64,000 nucleotides of DNA from Hydrolagus colliei (Eukaryota). The notes beneath the pieces are model-generated. The model saw only the letters and a list, made by a program, of their open reading frames with translations, had not been told where the DNA came from and did not search any database. Where the stretch lies: positions 5,580,001 through 5,644,000 of the forward strand of contig CM068751.1 in NCBI GenBank assembly GCA_035084275.1, given 5' to 3'. Both the position numbers and the translations under genes were made by a program. This document shows positions 11,174 through 23,929 of this stretch, in pieces. Every line of letters starts with the position of its first letter. Position 1 is the stretch's first letter.

Positions 11174-14100
11174 CATCAATGAAACGTGTGAGCTACTGTA
11201 CAGCAATTTAAAAACTGCTCATGGTGGGTTTTTTCAGAAACAAATATTGTAATTATTAATATTAAAATCTCGTAGAAAGGTTTAGGTGAAAACCGCATTT
11301 GTGTTCTGACTTACTTACTTGGTTGCTAAAGATAATCAGTTGCTCAAGCGGTGTGAAATATGCTGATTGCTTGTGTTAGCATGGCTTTTACATTTGCAGA
11401 CTTTTCTTTGGAAGTTTCAAAATCAAATAAACATTTGTAAAGATACAAAGGTTTTCTTATGAACTTGTATTTTAAATGGTAACATACTTGCTTTAATTTG
11501 CACTGGCAGAAGACATTACTGTAGTGCATTTATTTCAAAAATTGGTACTCTTGATAATTTACCCGACAGATTGAATCATATTCATGATGAACAGTTTGCT
11601 GGTTCGGACGTTCTGACTTACTTATTTCAACAGAGCTGAAAGTGTATTCAGGATCAGGCCATTTGAACACTTCATGATAAACCACACAAACTGGGATTTG
11701 TTGTAGCTCCTTGAACAGAAGGATTTGCTGACATCTAGACTGGTTTAAAAATGAAGATTAATTTCTTGAGGGGCAATACATAATCATTAAAATACACTGA
11801 ACATGGCAGAATACATGCAGGTCCTTCTTACTTATGAAATTATACCCAACATCGCTGTCATACACCAGACCCATTTTCATTTAATCACTGCTTTCTTAAT
11901 TTACATCACGGGGAAATGGAACATTACCACTTCTGAAGAAATAATCGCCCCTGTCTAGAGATGGAAAACAAAATCACATTATATATGTAAAAATGAAACT
12001 CAATGGCGAGTTGGAGGTGGGGAGCGGATTGATCACAAAAGATGTTACCAGGCGGGATGTTTTTTTTAAAATAACAAAACATATTGTGTCTGCTCACAAC
12101 TTCCATTCAAATAAAGTGTAATTTTGTATACTAAAATCTTTGCCACACAAGTATTTATCTTTATTGCTTTCCCAACAAGAACAAAGGCACTTTTGATTCT
12201 TTCAGGCTTTAAAAACAAAGTTATCACTTGTTAAATATACTTTAATCAGATTAACACAAAAACAGAGGGACTTTGATACCCTCCCTGAGGTCATGTGACC
12301 TTGGCACCTTAAATTTCCTAAACAGGGATTTAGACAAAATGATTTTGCTTGCATGTCATAGCCCTAAAAATATATTTTGCTCCAGGACTCTTATTTAAAA
12401 AAACTTTCTTATATTGAAATTAAAGTACATTCTGGAAGGCTTACAGAGTGCTATACTAAAGGAAAACTCAATGTGGAAAATGTAAACCAAAATTTCAAAA
12501 TAATTCAAGAACATAGAATGAAACACCATTTACAACATATTGAAAGGCCTGGAAATAATTTTTAAAAAACATTTTAGCCAGATGGCTGTCTGACACATGT
12601 GGAAACCGTATTACAATGCTTATGCATCTCCAAACCAACCTGCTGAGGTGCCTATGAGTATCCAAACCAAACTGCTGGGAGTTCCATTATATGTATGATT
12701 TCCATTTGTCATATCTGAACATAGAATTGCCATATCTAGTGTACTAAGCTACATCCTATTTTATTGAACACCTGAATTAGCAAAACAGTCATGCTTCAAA
12801 AGACTCCAGGTGACCCTTCAAAATCTAGAAATTATCTTGATACGAGGTGAAAACAGCCCTGATAATGTGACATTTAAAGATGGCCTCTTCCGATAATATT
12901 CTTCCAGTGTGGGTATGTTCCAGTAATGACATGGATTCTCCCTTCTGCATTGCTGGATATTCATAGTTCAAATGAATTTCAATTGCAACCAACTGGATTT
13001 CCAGCATAAAAATGTTTCCGACATACATCATTTACAACAAAGTGTTTAACTAAACTCTCACAATGGTTACTGCAACTGAAGTATAATCCTCACAAACCAA
13101 CACACCAGCAAAGTAGAAAACTAAACCAGCACTTTTTTTTATTATAGTACTGGTTCAACAGAGATTAGAGATTGTATTTGTATGACTGAATACAAAGATG
13201 AAGATTGTCTAAAATAAGTTAAAATTTTACAGTAGTTTTATCGTTCATTGGCACTCCCAACACGTGGATTCCAACAACAAAAAACATAAAAGCCTGGATC
13301 ACCTGAAGAAACTGGAATGTGTTATAGACGGTATAAACATAATCAAACTAGTACTATTCCACTGTTAAAGTGCTTAATCTATTTGAAAGCTCTTCTTTCT
13401 TTAACCTCCCCACACCCACAGAAAAATTGCTACAGCATTTTTATGCTAAGTTTATATGTTTATATGTAAAGTGCCTGGCTGTTGTGCCTTCCAGCGTGAT
13501 TAAGAACACTGCCAAAGGTGTCTGTAGTGCCAAGGTCTTATCAATTGCGCAAGTCGTAATAGAAACTGCCCTTGTGCTGAATGAGCTGGCTGCGGTAGAG
13601 ATCTGCAAGTTAAATTTGGGAATAACTCTACCCCCCGTGGAAACATTGAGCAATCTAGTCATCCTCCTCCCAATATCAGCTAAGATCTAGTGCTCAGCGG
13701 ACACCCACCCCTCCCAAGATAGTGCTTCACACACTTTTTGAAACTCATCCAGATATGAAATTACTGAACAACAAAACTACATTCATTGAGCGCCTTTCAA
13801 GTCGGGAGGACGTCTCAAGGCGCTAAAGCTAAATTGAAAGAGCAAATTATTCGAATTAATATATGGAGTCAAAATCACAAATCTGTGTGAAGCACCATAG
13901 GAATAATGTGATGAATGCATTGCTATTGGTATTGTTTCACCCTTCAATAAAGTCTATTCAGAACCTCTGACAATATCAGCACTGGGCTTATGTGCAAAAA
14001 CATGGCCAGAAAGGCAGAAACACAAAATAACAATAAAATAATGTTAAGTTCATCATAATGTATTCAATCTATTTTACTTTTAGAAGGCATACTATTGGCA

Positions 14101-15343
14101 AGATTCCCATTTTAAACATCTTTCTATTACATTCTTTTGACCGTAATCTTTTTTTTATATAAATTGCACGTCCCATTTTTACTTCAAGTTACCAAATTGA
14201 TTGTAGAATACACCATAAACACACATAAATATCTTAAATCCTTGCGTGATCAATACAGTAGTTTAACCACTAGTATTCTCAACGCAGCTAAACCAAAATA
14301 GTATAAAACTAATGCATTTATTCATTACTTTCTTGTACATGTTCCGGAAAAGAGGCAGTGAGAAATTAGCATTAAAAAAAATTAAAATTGATTATTTTCC
14401 TGGATTTCTCAACATAATTGGAACAGGAAAACAATGTAGTCAAGTGTTAATTACAGAAATGCTATGTTGGACTTTTTGTGTCTATACCAGTACTTGCTTT
14501 CAACACAGGAACAGTAAGCACAGACTTCATGCCAGGGTTACGATTGACCATCTAATCAATTCATAGAATTTCTGGGTCAGTATACAGAAACCGCATTGTA
14601 CAAATACAAAGAAACATTGATTTGTTAAACAGTCTATCACGGAGGTCAAAATTGAAATATGTTGGTGCCTTAGGTGCCAAAAAAGACAAGCAAACTGAAG
14701 AAGCATTTTCCACCATTTACTCTCATTATCAAAAATAGTTTTCAACTCTTCTTGCAAAACAAAAAAGGAAAAAAAACGACCAAAAAATTAAAGTACAGAC
14801 TGGACACAAAACATCACATTATTCCTATGGCTTCAAACGCTACTTGACCATATTCACAGGAAATGACACCGGCTACACTATAAAAACAAAAAGAGGTGCC
14901 ATTTGATCTCTTTCTGCATGTGAAAGTTTACCTGCACATTTACACTATGTGAGTAACCATTGTTGTGCATGCTATGTGCCAAACCAGAGTGAGGCCGAGG
15001 AGTAATTTCATATACATCATTACAATGGTGGACAGTGGTACAAGCAGTTCAGCCACATTGACATTATGTAAAGGGATAAAGACTTTGTTTGTTGCTGAAA
15101 GAGTGGATAGGGAGGGGGCTAGGAGAAATAACAAGGGAAAGTACATGCACCAGCCTCCAATTTGAAGTGCTTTTTTTTTAACTGTTCTTTGTTCCTTTTG
15201 ATCATAGATGAACTTGTGGCCCAAATCATGTATTCAGTTGCAGATGCATTCAATTTTCTCACTTGTCCAGATGTAAAGCCTGCATTTGCGAATGTTGCAA
15301 AAATGTATTGTAGTTTTAACAAGACTTGAGGGCATTTAATCAA

Positions 15344-15443
15344 ATGCAATACTGAATATCTGCCATTAGAGGGCACTGGTGCAAATTGTAAATCGCACAT
15401 AAGAGGAGCTTGTGCCATCTAGTGGCAGCCAGCCAGCAATGCA
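15344..15443. promoter_or_regulatory. Convergent pair of CTCF-type motifs with upstream (U) modules
   Basis: + strand TGCAATAC-n-CCATTAGAGGGCACTG; - strand TGCATTGC-n-CCACTAGATGGCAC. Confidence 0.6.
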
Positions 15444-15459
15444 CAGATACTACCACATC

Positions 15460-15562
15460 TAATAATAATCCTTGCATTTGGTATAGCACCTTATTACGTT
15501 GTTGAAACGTCTCAAAGCGCATCACAGAATTTTACTGTAAAGTGTAGTGACTGTGTACTTGT
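15460..15562 (-). mobile_element. SINE 3' fragment
   Basis: taataataatccttgcatttggtatagcacc...acgtctcaaagcgc. Confidence 0.75.
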
Positions 15563-16556
15563 GGTGATGAAAAGCATATAATTCTTCATCACTTTACTTT
15601 TCACATTATAATTGGAAACTGTAGCCATCATTTGCATGCATCTATCTATCCCATACCCCATATACTTCCAACAATTTATGAGCAGCCTGGTCAGATGTTA
15701 AACAGAAATGCTTCCACCAAGTATTCTTAGGCCATATTAAATGATATCAGTTGACACATATTTGTGCAAAACTGAGTAGACGCAGCTTCATCTGTACACA
15801 TTTTCATTAAGATCGGCCCGATATCCTCTTTTAGGCATCCGAGTGCATGCGTGGAGTGGGGTCTTCCAGCAACCACCATCCATGGCAAGATTATACACTG
15901 AGCACCAGATAGCTCTTCTAATTAAAATTAGCAGACCTGAGGGAAAAGAAATATAGATCATGTGCGTCTAAAGTGTCATCCTCATTTCTATTTGAAACTG
16001 TGACTACACAGGTGTAATGGGAGTGTTTTGCTTTGTGCAACTGATCCATGCAAATGCATTCATTAGAAAATAATGAGGCATTTTGTTTTAAATATATTCT
16101 TGGGTCATCTAATGACATTACCAAAATAAAACAGAACCAATGATTTTGATTTAGAGAACACAAAAATAATCTGCATATAAAAAGTGACATTATATTCTAC
16201 ATGTAATTTAAACTGTTCGTACTGTAGTTCACCATTTTCTGTTCTTTAAATTACACCTTTACCTTTTGCGATTATGCACAATGCATAAGCAGCAACAATG
16301 AGGTCAAATTTCTTTTGCCAAAGATCATTCAGTATAAACCACTTGCAACAGTTCATTAATTACAACTTAGACACATTAGCCTATTTCCCATTTTGGAGCT
16401 AGGCCTATTAATCAAACATTTATTTCAAGTGATCTATACCCAAAGGACTAGGGCAAGTTCAACTAAGTTTTTTTTAAACAGAACTATAGCTGCCTTAAAG
16501 TTGTAGCTGTCCCTATTAATAGAGACAAGCCTAAGGTCTACCAGATCAATTCCAAT

Positions 16557-18181
16557 CTAACAGTCATATCTATAGTCAATAGTTTCATCCAAGCTTTTGT
16601 CCTCTCGTGGACTGGCAGCTAGGAAAGTAGGTATGGGTGACCCCGTTGTCACATTAATGACACTCGCACTCGTGCTTGCACTCCGCACCACATTGCTGAT
16701 GCTGGTTAAGCTGATGCCCACAGTAAGCCTGGTCTGCTCCAAGGCTTTTTCTGGCACAGCAAAAGCCTCCAGCTTTTTCTCGCCGTTGGCCATGTACGAG
16801 TTCTGGCAGCCACGGCAAATGCAGTCCAAACAGGCCTTGCGATTTGAGTAACAAGGGCATCGTTGCCCACGACATGTAAGAACACTTGGGTTTTGTGTAG
16901 CACGTCCACACTTGCACCCCTTTTTCTCTTGGGGTTTTTTGTACACTATTTTTGATGGGCTGCCAGGCATTACAGTACTGTGAACTTTCTCTTTAGTTTT
17001 AGATTTGGTTGTTCCCTGCTTTACTTTTGAGTGTGCTTTCTTTGCCCCGTGTTCTGCATGCTTTTTAACACTTTTACTGGCCGTAAGCAAAGCCTTTCCC
17101 ACTTTTGGTGTGCCCCCATTTGGCACTGTGACAACAGTCTCCGTGGACAACTTGGTCTCTCGTTTGGCGGGAACAGGAGCAGCAGCCCCCAGCGGTGGTC
17201 CATGTATGATGCTGGAAATGGGCAGGGGCTGAATCCTTTCACTGTCACTCTCTGATCGAGAGCGCTTCCGATTCACCCGTACAATTTTGGGTGTGGCTGC
17301 TACACAGGGATTACCATGAGGGGGTGCATTGCTAGAAACAAAAATACTGCTTTTAGGAGGCAAGGAGGTGGGTTTGGCATCTTTATGAGGTCCATTGGAT
17401 GCACTTGCCTCAGAAATGGGTTGTGAATCAGTGCTACAGGCCTCAAGATTGCTTGAAACAGTTTCTTGAAATACATGTTCACCACTGAGTAATAAACAGC
17501 CAATAGGCTTTATATCTTCATTGAAACTGCAGAGGTCAACTCCCACTATATCCTCATTGCCACCAGAAACTGCTTTGCTAGGTATCTGCAAGCTGTCAGA
17601 AACTGCAATATCTTTGAAGTCCTCTCCAGTGCAGGATATATGAAGTCCATCAGAATTTTCTGCAGAAGAAATAGTATTTACAGCAAGTTCATCTGCAGGC
17701 AGTCCATTGCAACCAGGCAACCCATTGATACTAGAGCAGGTCATTTCAACATTGCTTGAGACTATCGTACTGTCTGAAAGAGTGCTTTCAATGACTTGAG
17801 GTGCTGCCATTTCCAGGTCACTGATGCATTCCGAGGTTGAGGGTGGTGGAGAATTTGACAAATGTAAAGTATTAGCCGAACCAGAGGTCTCTTGCTTTCC
17901 ATCATCTAACGATAGTCCTTCTTGCAACAATGTTAAGATGTCAGGAGCACCATCCATAGCCTTAGCAAGGTGTTCGGAAATTGGTGATTCAGCTATGTAT
18001 TCACATAGTTTCTTGTAGCAGCACACCAGAATGCTCAGCTGTTTATTTTCCTCAAACCGTTCGTAATCTTTACACCAGCTACATGAGGGCTTCATCATCA
18101 TCTTTTTACCTTTGCAGACTTTGCAGACATAGTGCTGACAAGTGGAGTTTGTTGGAGCAATTGGATCTTTCAATAAGTTTC
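16557..18181 (-). CDS. MSL2: MSL2 coding exon 2
   Basis: ttttttacag acceptor; GNLLKDPIAPTNSTCQHYVCKVCKGKKMMMKPSCSWC...DYRYDC-TAG. Confidence 0.97.
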
Positions 18182-21100
18182 CTGTAAAAAAAGAACAAAC
18201 ACATGTTGATGTTCTGGAAATTAATTTCAATTCATTAAAGCTTTGGAGGCCATGGGAACATTTAGGAAAGGTTTATACAGCTCATCACACTTTAAGACTG
18301 CTAACTTCTCGTAAATTTATGTTTGATTGGTTGCTAGTAAATAAGCCTTATGCTCATTAGACAACTGCATTTTCTCGGAAGAAGACATGTAGACACTAGA
18401 TATTAACTTTGAATAAAATTAAGCAATTTATTTATGGCAGTACTTGTACATATCGTTACCTCAATTTCTGATTATATACACAGTCAGATCACTTTACAGT
18501 ATATTCTGTGAAGTGCTTTGAGACATCTCAGAAGACTTGATAAGGTCCTGTATCAAAAGCAAGGATTATATTATGTGGATTTATAATGATATCCTTCCAT
18601 TTGATATAGCACCTTTCACATCAGGATGACATCTCAAAGTATAAAGTATAGAGATTGTGTAATTTGTAGATTTATATCTATTTAAAACAAACAAGTCAAC
18701 ACAAAAGAGAACAGACCTGAACAATTAAACAAGAAATCCAATCAGTGTTGCACAGCTTGCCTTGCACTCCAAACAACAACAAATTACATTTGAATAGCTC
18801 CTTTCACATTAGAAGGACGTCCCAAGCCACTGGACAGTTAAGGTTTTACACCCAAGCTGGGGGACGAAATCAAGAGGGGTGGAGGGAGAGGGGTGGGACC
18901 ATGGCCGAAGCCGCGGTCACAAGAGGAAGGTGCTTCAGAAGGAAGCAAGGGATGGATGAGGCAGGGGGACACCAGGATGGAATTCCAGAGCATAAACGCT
19001 GAGACCCAAAGATAGTTGATGATAGGATGAGATCAAATAAGCTGAAGGGCCTTCCACAACCAAACTCCTCTTATGAAATACTTTAAACACCACTTCCTTT
19101 ACATCTGAGTTTATCAATCTGTGTATTTGAGGAGCATTTATAAAACTTAACAATAAATTTCTGTTAGACAGGCCAAATATTTCTAAAATGTGCTCAATAA
19201 ACTATTATATTTTAGAATAATTATGTTGAACCAGCAAGCTTTTTTTTCTCTTTTTCTGGAATAAATCAGTGTGACTGCATATTTTGTCTGCAAACAGAGC
19301 AAGCTGAAAGACATTGTGCCCCGAATGCCATGTTATTCAAGGGGCCAACAGTGTGTTAACATTTTGAAATTCATTGTCTCTCCTTCCTTAACAGGCAGTA
19401 AGTTCCCAAACTTCATACTTAAGTTTGTATACACATCATTTATTAATAATAAATTTATTTTACAAAAAAAAGTAAAATTTTATTTCATCATAAAATGAAA
19501 TGTTTAACGAGATTTCAAAATGACAGTCCATTCCCTTTGAATGCAACACTTCGTAAGGTGTCTCACAAAAACAGAAATGTCATTTTCCAAGCTTCTTCCA
19601 GTCCAATGATATGCAGGCTTGTATGCTTTCTAGAAGTATTTATGTTGCAATATAAATGCAGCAGAATCTTAAATAAAATTAACTAAAAATGTTATGTCAA
19701 ACGCAGGAAGTAAATTTGGAGAGATTTGCTTTTGTCATTTAAACTAATTGTATACACATTTTGCAGATTATCCCCATTCTTTTTTTCTCCAATACATAGT
19801 AAATGACCTTACCTTTGGCTCTTTGCCCAGAGCTTGGCGCCGAAACAATGAGGCAGACATATAAACTGCATCAGGCACCAGCTATCCATCTCTTACAAAA
19901 TCTGCTTATGTAATACATGGTTGAAAATAGGTGGGCGGGCCTTCCTAAAATTACTTTTTCTAAAGAAAATTGAACTTTTGATTTCACTGCCTCAAACTCA
20001 ATAGGACACTAAGGTGATCAAACAACAAAAACAACAAAATTACACTTGTATAGTGCCTTTCATGTCTAACCCCCACCCCCAATATGTACCGATGAAAAAA
20101 AAACATGCTTTACAAGAATCATCATTTCTACTCATACATTTAAATATTTTCATTATTTTTATGTAACCTGAAGTAATTTACTGAAATTGCATTTGCCTTG
20201 ACAATTGTATTGTTTAAAGAAAATTATAATAATACTCCCTCCTTATAAGAAAATCACCTGAATGGACCCATGCAATCTCAAATGTTATATTAATAACAGA
20301 AGAATATTTTTATTCCTCATTTTATATTTGCAATAGCCTTTATATGGTATCATAATGTTTATAGATAAAACCTATTATTCTATTTATATGCAATAGTTAT
20401 TCTGAAGCTCTTCGTGCTTATATAACAATAATCCTTGTATTCGATATAGCGCCCTATCACGTTGTTGAGACGTCTCAAAGCACTTCACAGAATATACTGT
20501 AAATTGAATCGACTGTATATTTTATTACATTAACTGTTGAATGTCAGTACCACATACACTATGATACAAAATTGTTCCTCTTGACGTGAAAGGTTCTTTA
20601 CAAATGTAATTTTGTGGTTGTTGTCAAATATTGAAACTTAAAAACAAATTATACTCAGCATGCCTTTTTTTCAATAAAATAAATGTCAACTGTGTGTAGG
20701 TAAGATCTGATATGAGCAAGAGAATACCAGTGCCTCACCTTAGAAGGCAGTGTGCTTATCGATTCCTCTTACAATAGTGCCAACCTTGGCTGTGTTTACA
20801 AAATAAGGTACCAAACAGGGGCCAGTTGCTTCTTTTTAAGGAAGAACGGGAAACCAAAGTCAGAAAACAGGTCACTCTCGACTGCCCTGACAGGCAGAAG
20901 CCATGAAAATTGAAGGTTACTGGAGAGAAAAGTATAAAGAGCAACGACTGATTCTTGAAATAATGTCTGAAAAGTTTTCACAAAATGAGAAATAAAAATG
21001 AAGTGAATATTATGCAAGCAAACCCAACAGCTATAGTGGTATTCTTAAAGTAAATCGATTAATTCCGATTCAGACACTAAAGAGTTAACATAATGAGATG

Positions 21101-22998
21101 GGTGTGAGTAGTATAATCAGCAAGCGGAATAGTTAAATTTCCTCGAGGACTTTTAACTGTTCTATACATCGATCGAACGTTTCCAACAGTTGTATAAAAA
21201 TAAACTATCGTCCAATCTATATTTTGGGGAGTTGCAGAGGAAGACAGGTGTCTGAAAATACTTGCCTTTAGGAGCGGAAGATGTTACTGAGCTGAACTTG
21301 CCGTGTTTCTAGATCCCAGAGCAGACACGTGTGCGTGTTTACTTTTGGGCAGAACATAAAACGCGTGGTCTTTAAGTATCATAGGCCTATCCCCGCCTAC
21401 TTTAGCAACGCAAAATAAATCACGCCTTTTAACTAAAAGAAAATCAATGTAAACTTACCTCTAACCAGATAAAGGAAACTTGCAACATGAATGCACCATA
21501 TCGCAAATAGTTTACTATATACAAATGGGTTAAGTGGTTTTACATGAAAGTCAACCCGATCAGATTCCCCCCCCACCCCCCCACCCCTTCGCGTTTATAT
21601 TGAACAATACTTGCCACTTCCAAACACTAATTTTTTTTAATCCACGTTAAGCCATTTTGCAATATGTATGCTATCACAGAGTAATAATATCTCAATCCGA
21701 GTAGGGGATGAAAATAATTTCACTGGAATATCGAAAAATACCAAGTTAAATTGGTTACCCGAATGCACACAACATAAAAATGATCGATCTTCAGTAACAT
21801 GTAGTAAATTTTGTTTGTAAAACAATGGAGTTAAAGTTATGTTCCTTTCGCCTATACTACCCAAGATCTCAGATATATCAGGCAAGAAACTTCACAACTC
21901 ACAAAAATGTTAAGACATTCTTTCAGATAAAGACAACCACCATGACTTTATATTTTATTCGTAATAGTTTCTAAATCACCAAGTCTTCAGAGTAACAGAA
22001 ACCCTCACTATGTATATTGAAAATCGTATCCTAAATTCCCAGCATCGCGAAGCCTTCACCGGAAATCAAAGCGGGGATATTAATTAATATGCCAATTAAT
22101 AAATGGAGTATGCTCACACAAATGCAAGCGATTTATTTGTAATGATATGTCCTGTACTGCTGTATTAAATGATCTGCTGTTGTTGTATTAAATGATCTCC
22201 TAAAATAGCAATGGTATTCCCAACATCATTTCCCCAGACTGTTTAACCATGAACCCCAGCATTGTAAACAAAGTGAAAGGAGATTTATCTTGAGTAAAAT
22301 TGTACAATATTTACTTTAAGGTCATTTGCAAATGTACTGCAGCCCCTTTCAAATGGATTTCTGCAAGAAGAAATGCAAATCCTTATATTCCAAAGCTCTG
22401 TCAGGAAGCCATGGTGCAGTGCAAAGAATAAATCTTATACAAGCGGGAAAAGGCTCCACAATACGTAAGGATGTGAACGAATAGAGACCAAGCGAGAATC
22501 ACCCATTAAGTTTGATATTTTCTTGTTTTTAAAAAAAGTAACCTAGCATTTCAAAACGTAAACCTTTTTTCAAAATAAGGAATTAAATGCAGATTATAAT
22601 TATGTTCAGCAGAGCAGGCCTCTGGTGCAATGCACAAATCGTCCACATACAGAACACACACACATACACACACAACACGCATATGGGGGGAAAAACAGAG
22701 GGAAAGAGAGAAACTGGATCGCATGAGGTTTAGAGCAATTCGCTCTCACACTGCAGCCAGCCACTAACAGGGATGCATAAGTGTGTGTGTGGGGGGGGGC
22801 ATTTTTAAATCCTTGTCCAGTACTGGGGTTATTGTGTGTGTGTGTTAAATGCTCACCGCAGACACAACAGGAGAGGGACTGGCGCAGGTAGGGCAGCAGT
22901 TTGTAGAGATCGGAGAAGGAGCCGGGTTCTTGCGGCTCGCACTGCATGATGTAGCGGCAGGTCGAGACGTAAAGACTAGTGGCGTTCACCGGATTCAT
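16557..22998 (-). CDS. MSL2: E3 ubiquitin ligase MSL2 (male-specific lethal 2 homolog), 588 aa, 2 coding exons
   Basis: Exon 1 is 22998-22857 (142 nt) and exon 2 is 18181-16557. The RING finger is split by the intron, and the C-terminal CXC domain CKCGRATQNPSVLTCRGQRCPCYSNRKACLDCICRGCQN is present. Confidence 0.97.
18472..18575 (+). mobile_element. SINE 3' fragment
   Basis: cactttacagtatattctgtgaagtgctttgagacatc...aaggattat. Confidence 0.7.
18770..19010 (-). mobile_element. L2-like 3' end fragment
   Basis: ctctggaattcc...tccttctgaagcaccttcctcttgtgaccgcggcttcggc plus tail. Confidence 0.5.
20424..20522 (-). mobile_element. SINE 3' fragment
   Basis: aataatccttgtattcgatatagcgcc...gacgtctcaaagcacttcacagaatatactgtaaa. 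Confidence 0.75.
22857..22998 (-). CDS. MSL2: MSL2 coding exon 1
   Basis: gccgccATG Kozak; MNPVNATSLYVSTCRYIMQCEPQEPGSFSDLYKLLPYLRQSLSCCVC-G|gtgagc. Confidence 0.95.
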
Positions 22999-23429
22999 GG
23001 CGGCGGAGGCGGCAGCGGAGGAGGCGCAGCTCAGGCCCTTCTTCTTCTGGTGTTGCTGCTGCCGCCGCTCAGCGTTACCGAGGATGGGACACAGAGGGTT
23101 TCTTCCACGCTTTTTTCCCCGACGCCCACTTTCGGTGGTGGTGGCGGCGGCGTTGCTAATGTCCATTTAAAGCGAGGTGTTGGCGGCGGCGCAGGTGGTG
23201 GCTCCTTCCTGCTGCTCGGCTCGGATCCGGCGGCGGCTCCGTTGTTGCTCGCCCACAGCCATAACAACATCAATAACAACAGTTGCAGCAGGCAGCAGCG
23301 GTGGCCATTGCATCCAGAAGCGGCGCGCCTTCCATTCGAGCTTGAGCTTGGCTCCCAACTGGCTAACTCGACAACGGGACGGCCTTGAGTCGCCTCACAG
23401 ATCTCGCCATTCGCGAGAACTCACTCGCC

Positions 23430-23762
23430 TTTACTACTACTACTACTACTACGCCGCCGCCTCCTCCTCCTCGTCGTCGTTTCCTTCCTTCTCTGCGCCG
23501 AGCTCAGCTTTCGGTGTAAACCATTCAACTCACCCTTCACCACCACCGATCACGGCGGGCGACACGGGGGCAGCCTCCGCTCCCCGGGAGGAGGAGGAGG
23601 AGGAGGAGGAGGGGAATGTGGAGGAAGGGAGGGAGGTGGGGAGTGTGAAGAGAGGGAGAGGCGGGGGAGGGGATTATACAGAAGCAAAGGAGAGACTCAG
23701 TCGCTCGCACTCCGCCCCGACACCATTATTATTATTATTATGGCGGCGCTGCTGCTGCTGCT
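23430..23762. repeat. Trinucleotide microsatellite cluster in the MSL2 5' region
   Basis: (TAC)n, (CCT)n, (GAG)n, (TTA)n and (GCT)n runs. Confidence 0.8.
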
Positions 23763-23929
23763 TCTCCCTTTCGCCGCCGTTGCTTGAAGCGGTCGGTGTG
23801 TGTCTCGCGGGCTGGGTCTACGGGAGGGAAGCGCGAGGCGGCCGTTGCTTTTTAAAACGGGCGAAACGTTCGATTCCAGCGGAGAGGGGGGGGAGGGGGG
23901 TTAGAAACGGAAAAGGGGCTCGAGCCGTG

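Noticed and set aside
11584-11639. ATGATGA...CTGA, C/D snoRNA-like
   Set aside because: Short, no convincing terminal stem or C' box, not in a known intron, and no recognisable guide
18182-18230. ORF-track start of the 557-aa MSL2 ORF
   Set aside because: Intronic; the real exon begins at the acceptor at 18181 and is spliced to exon 1
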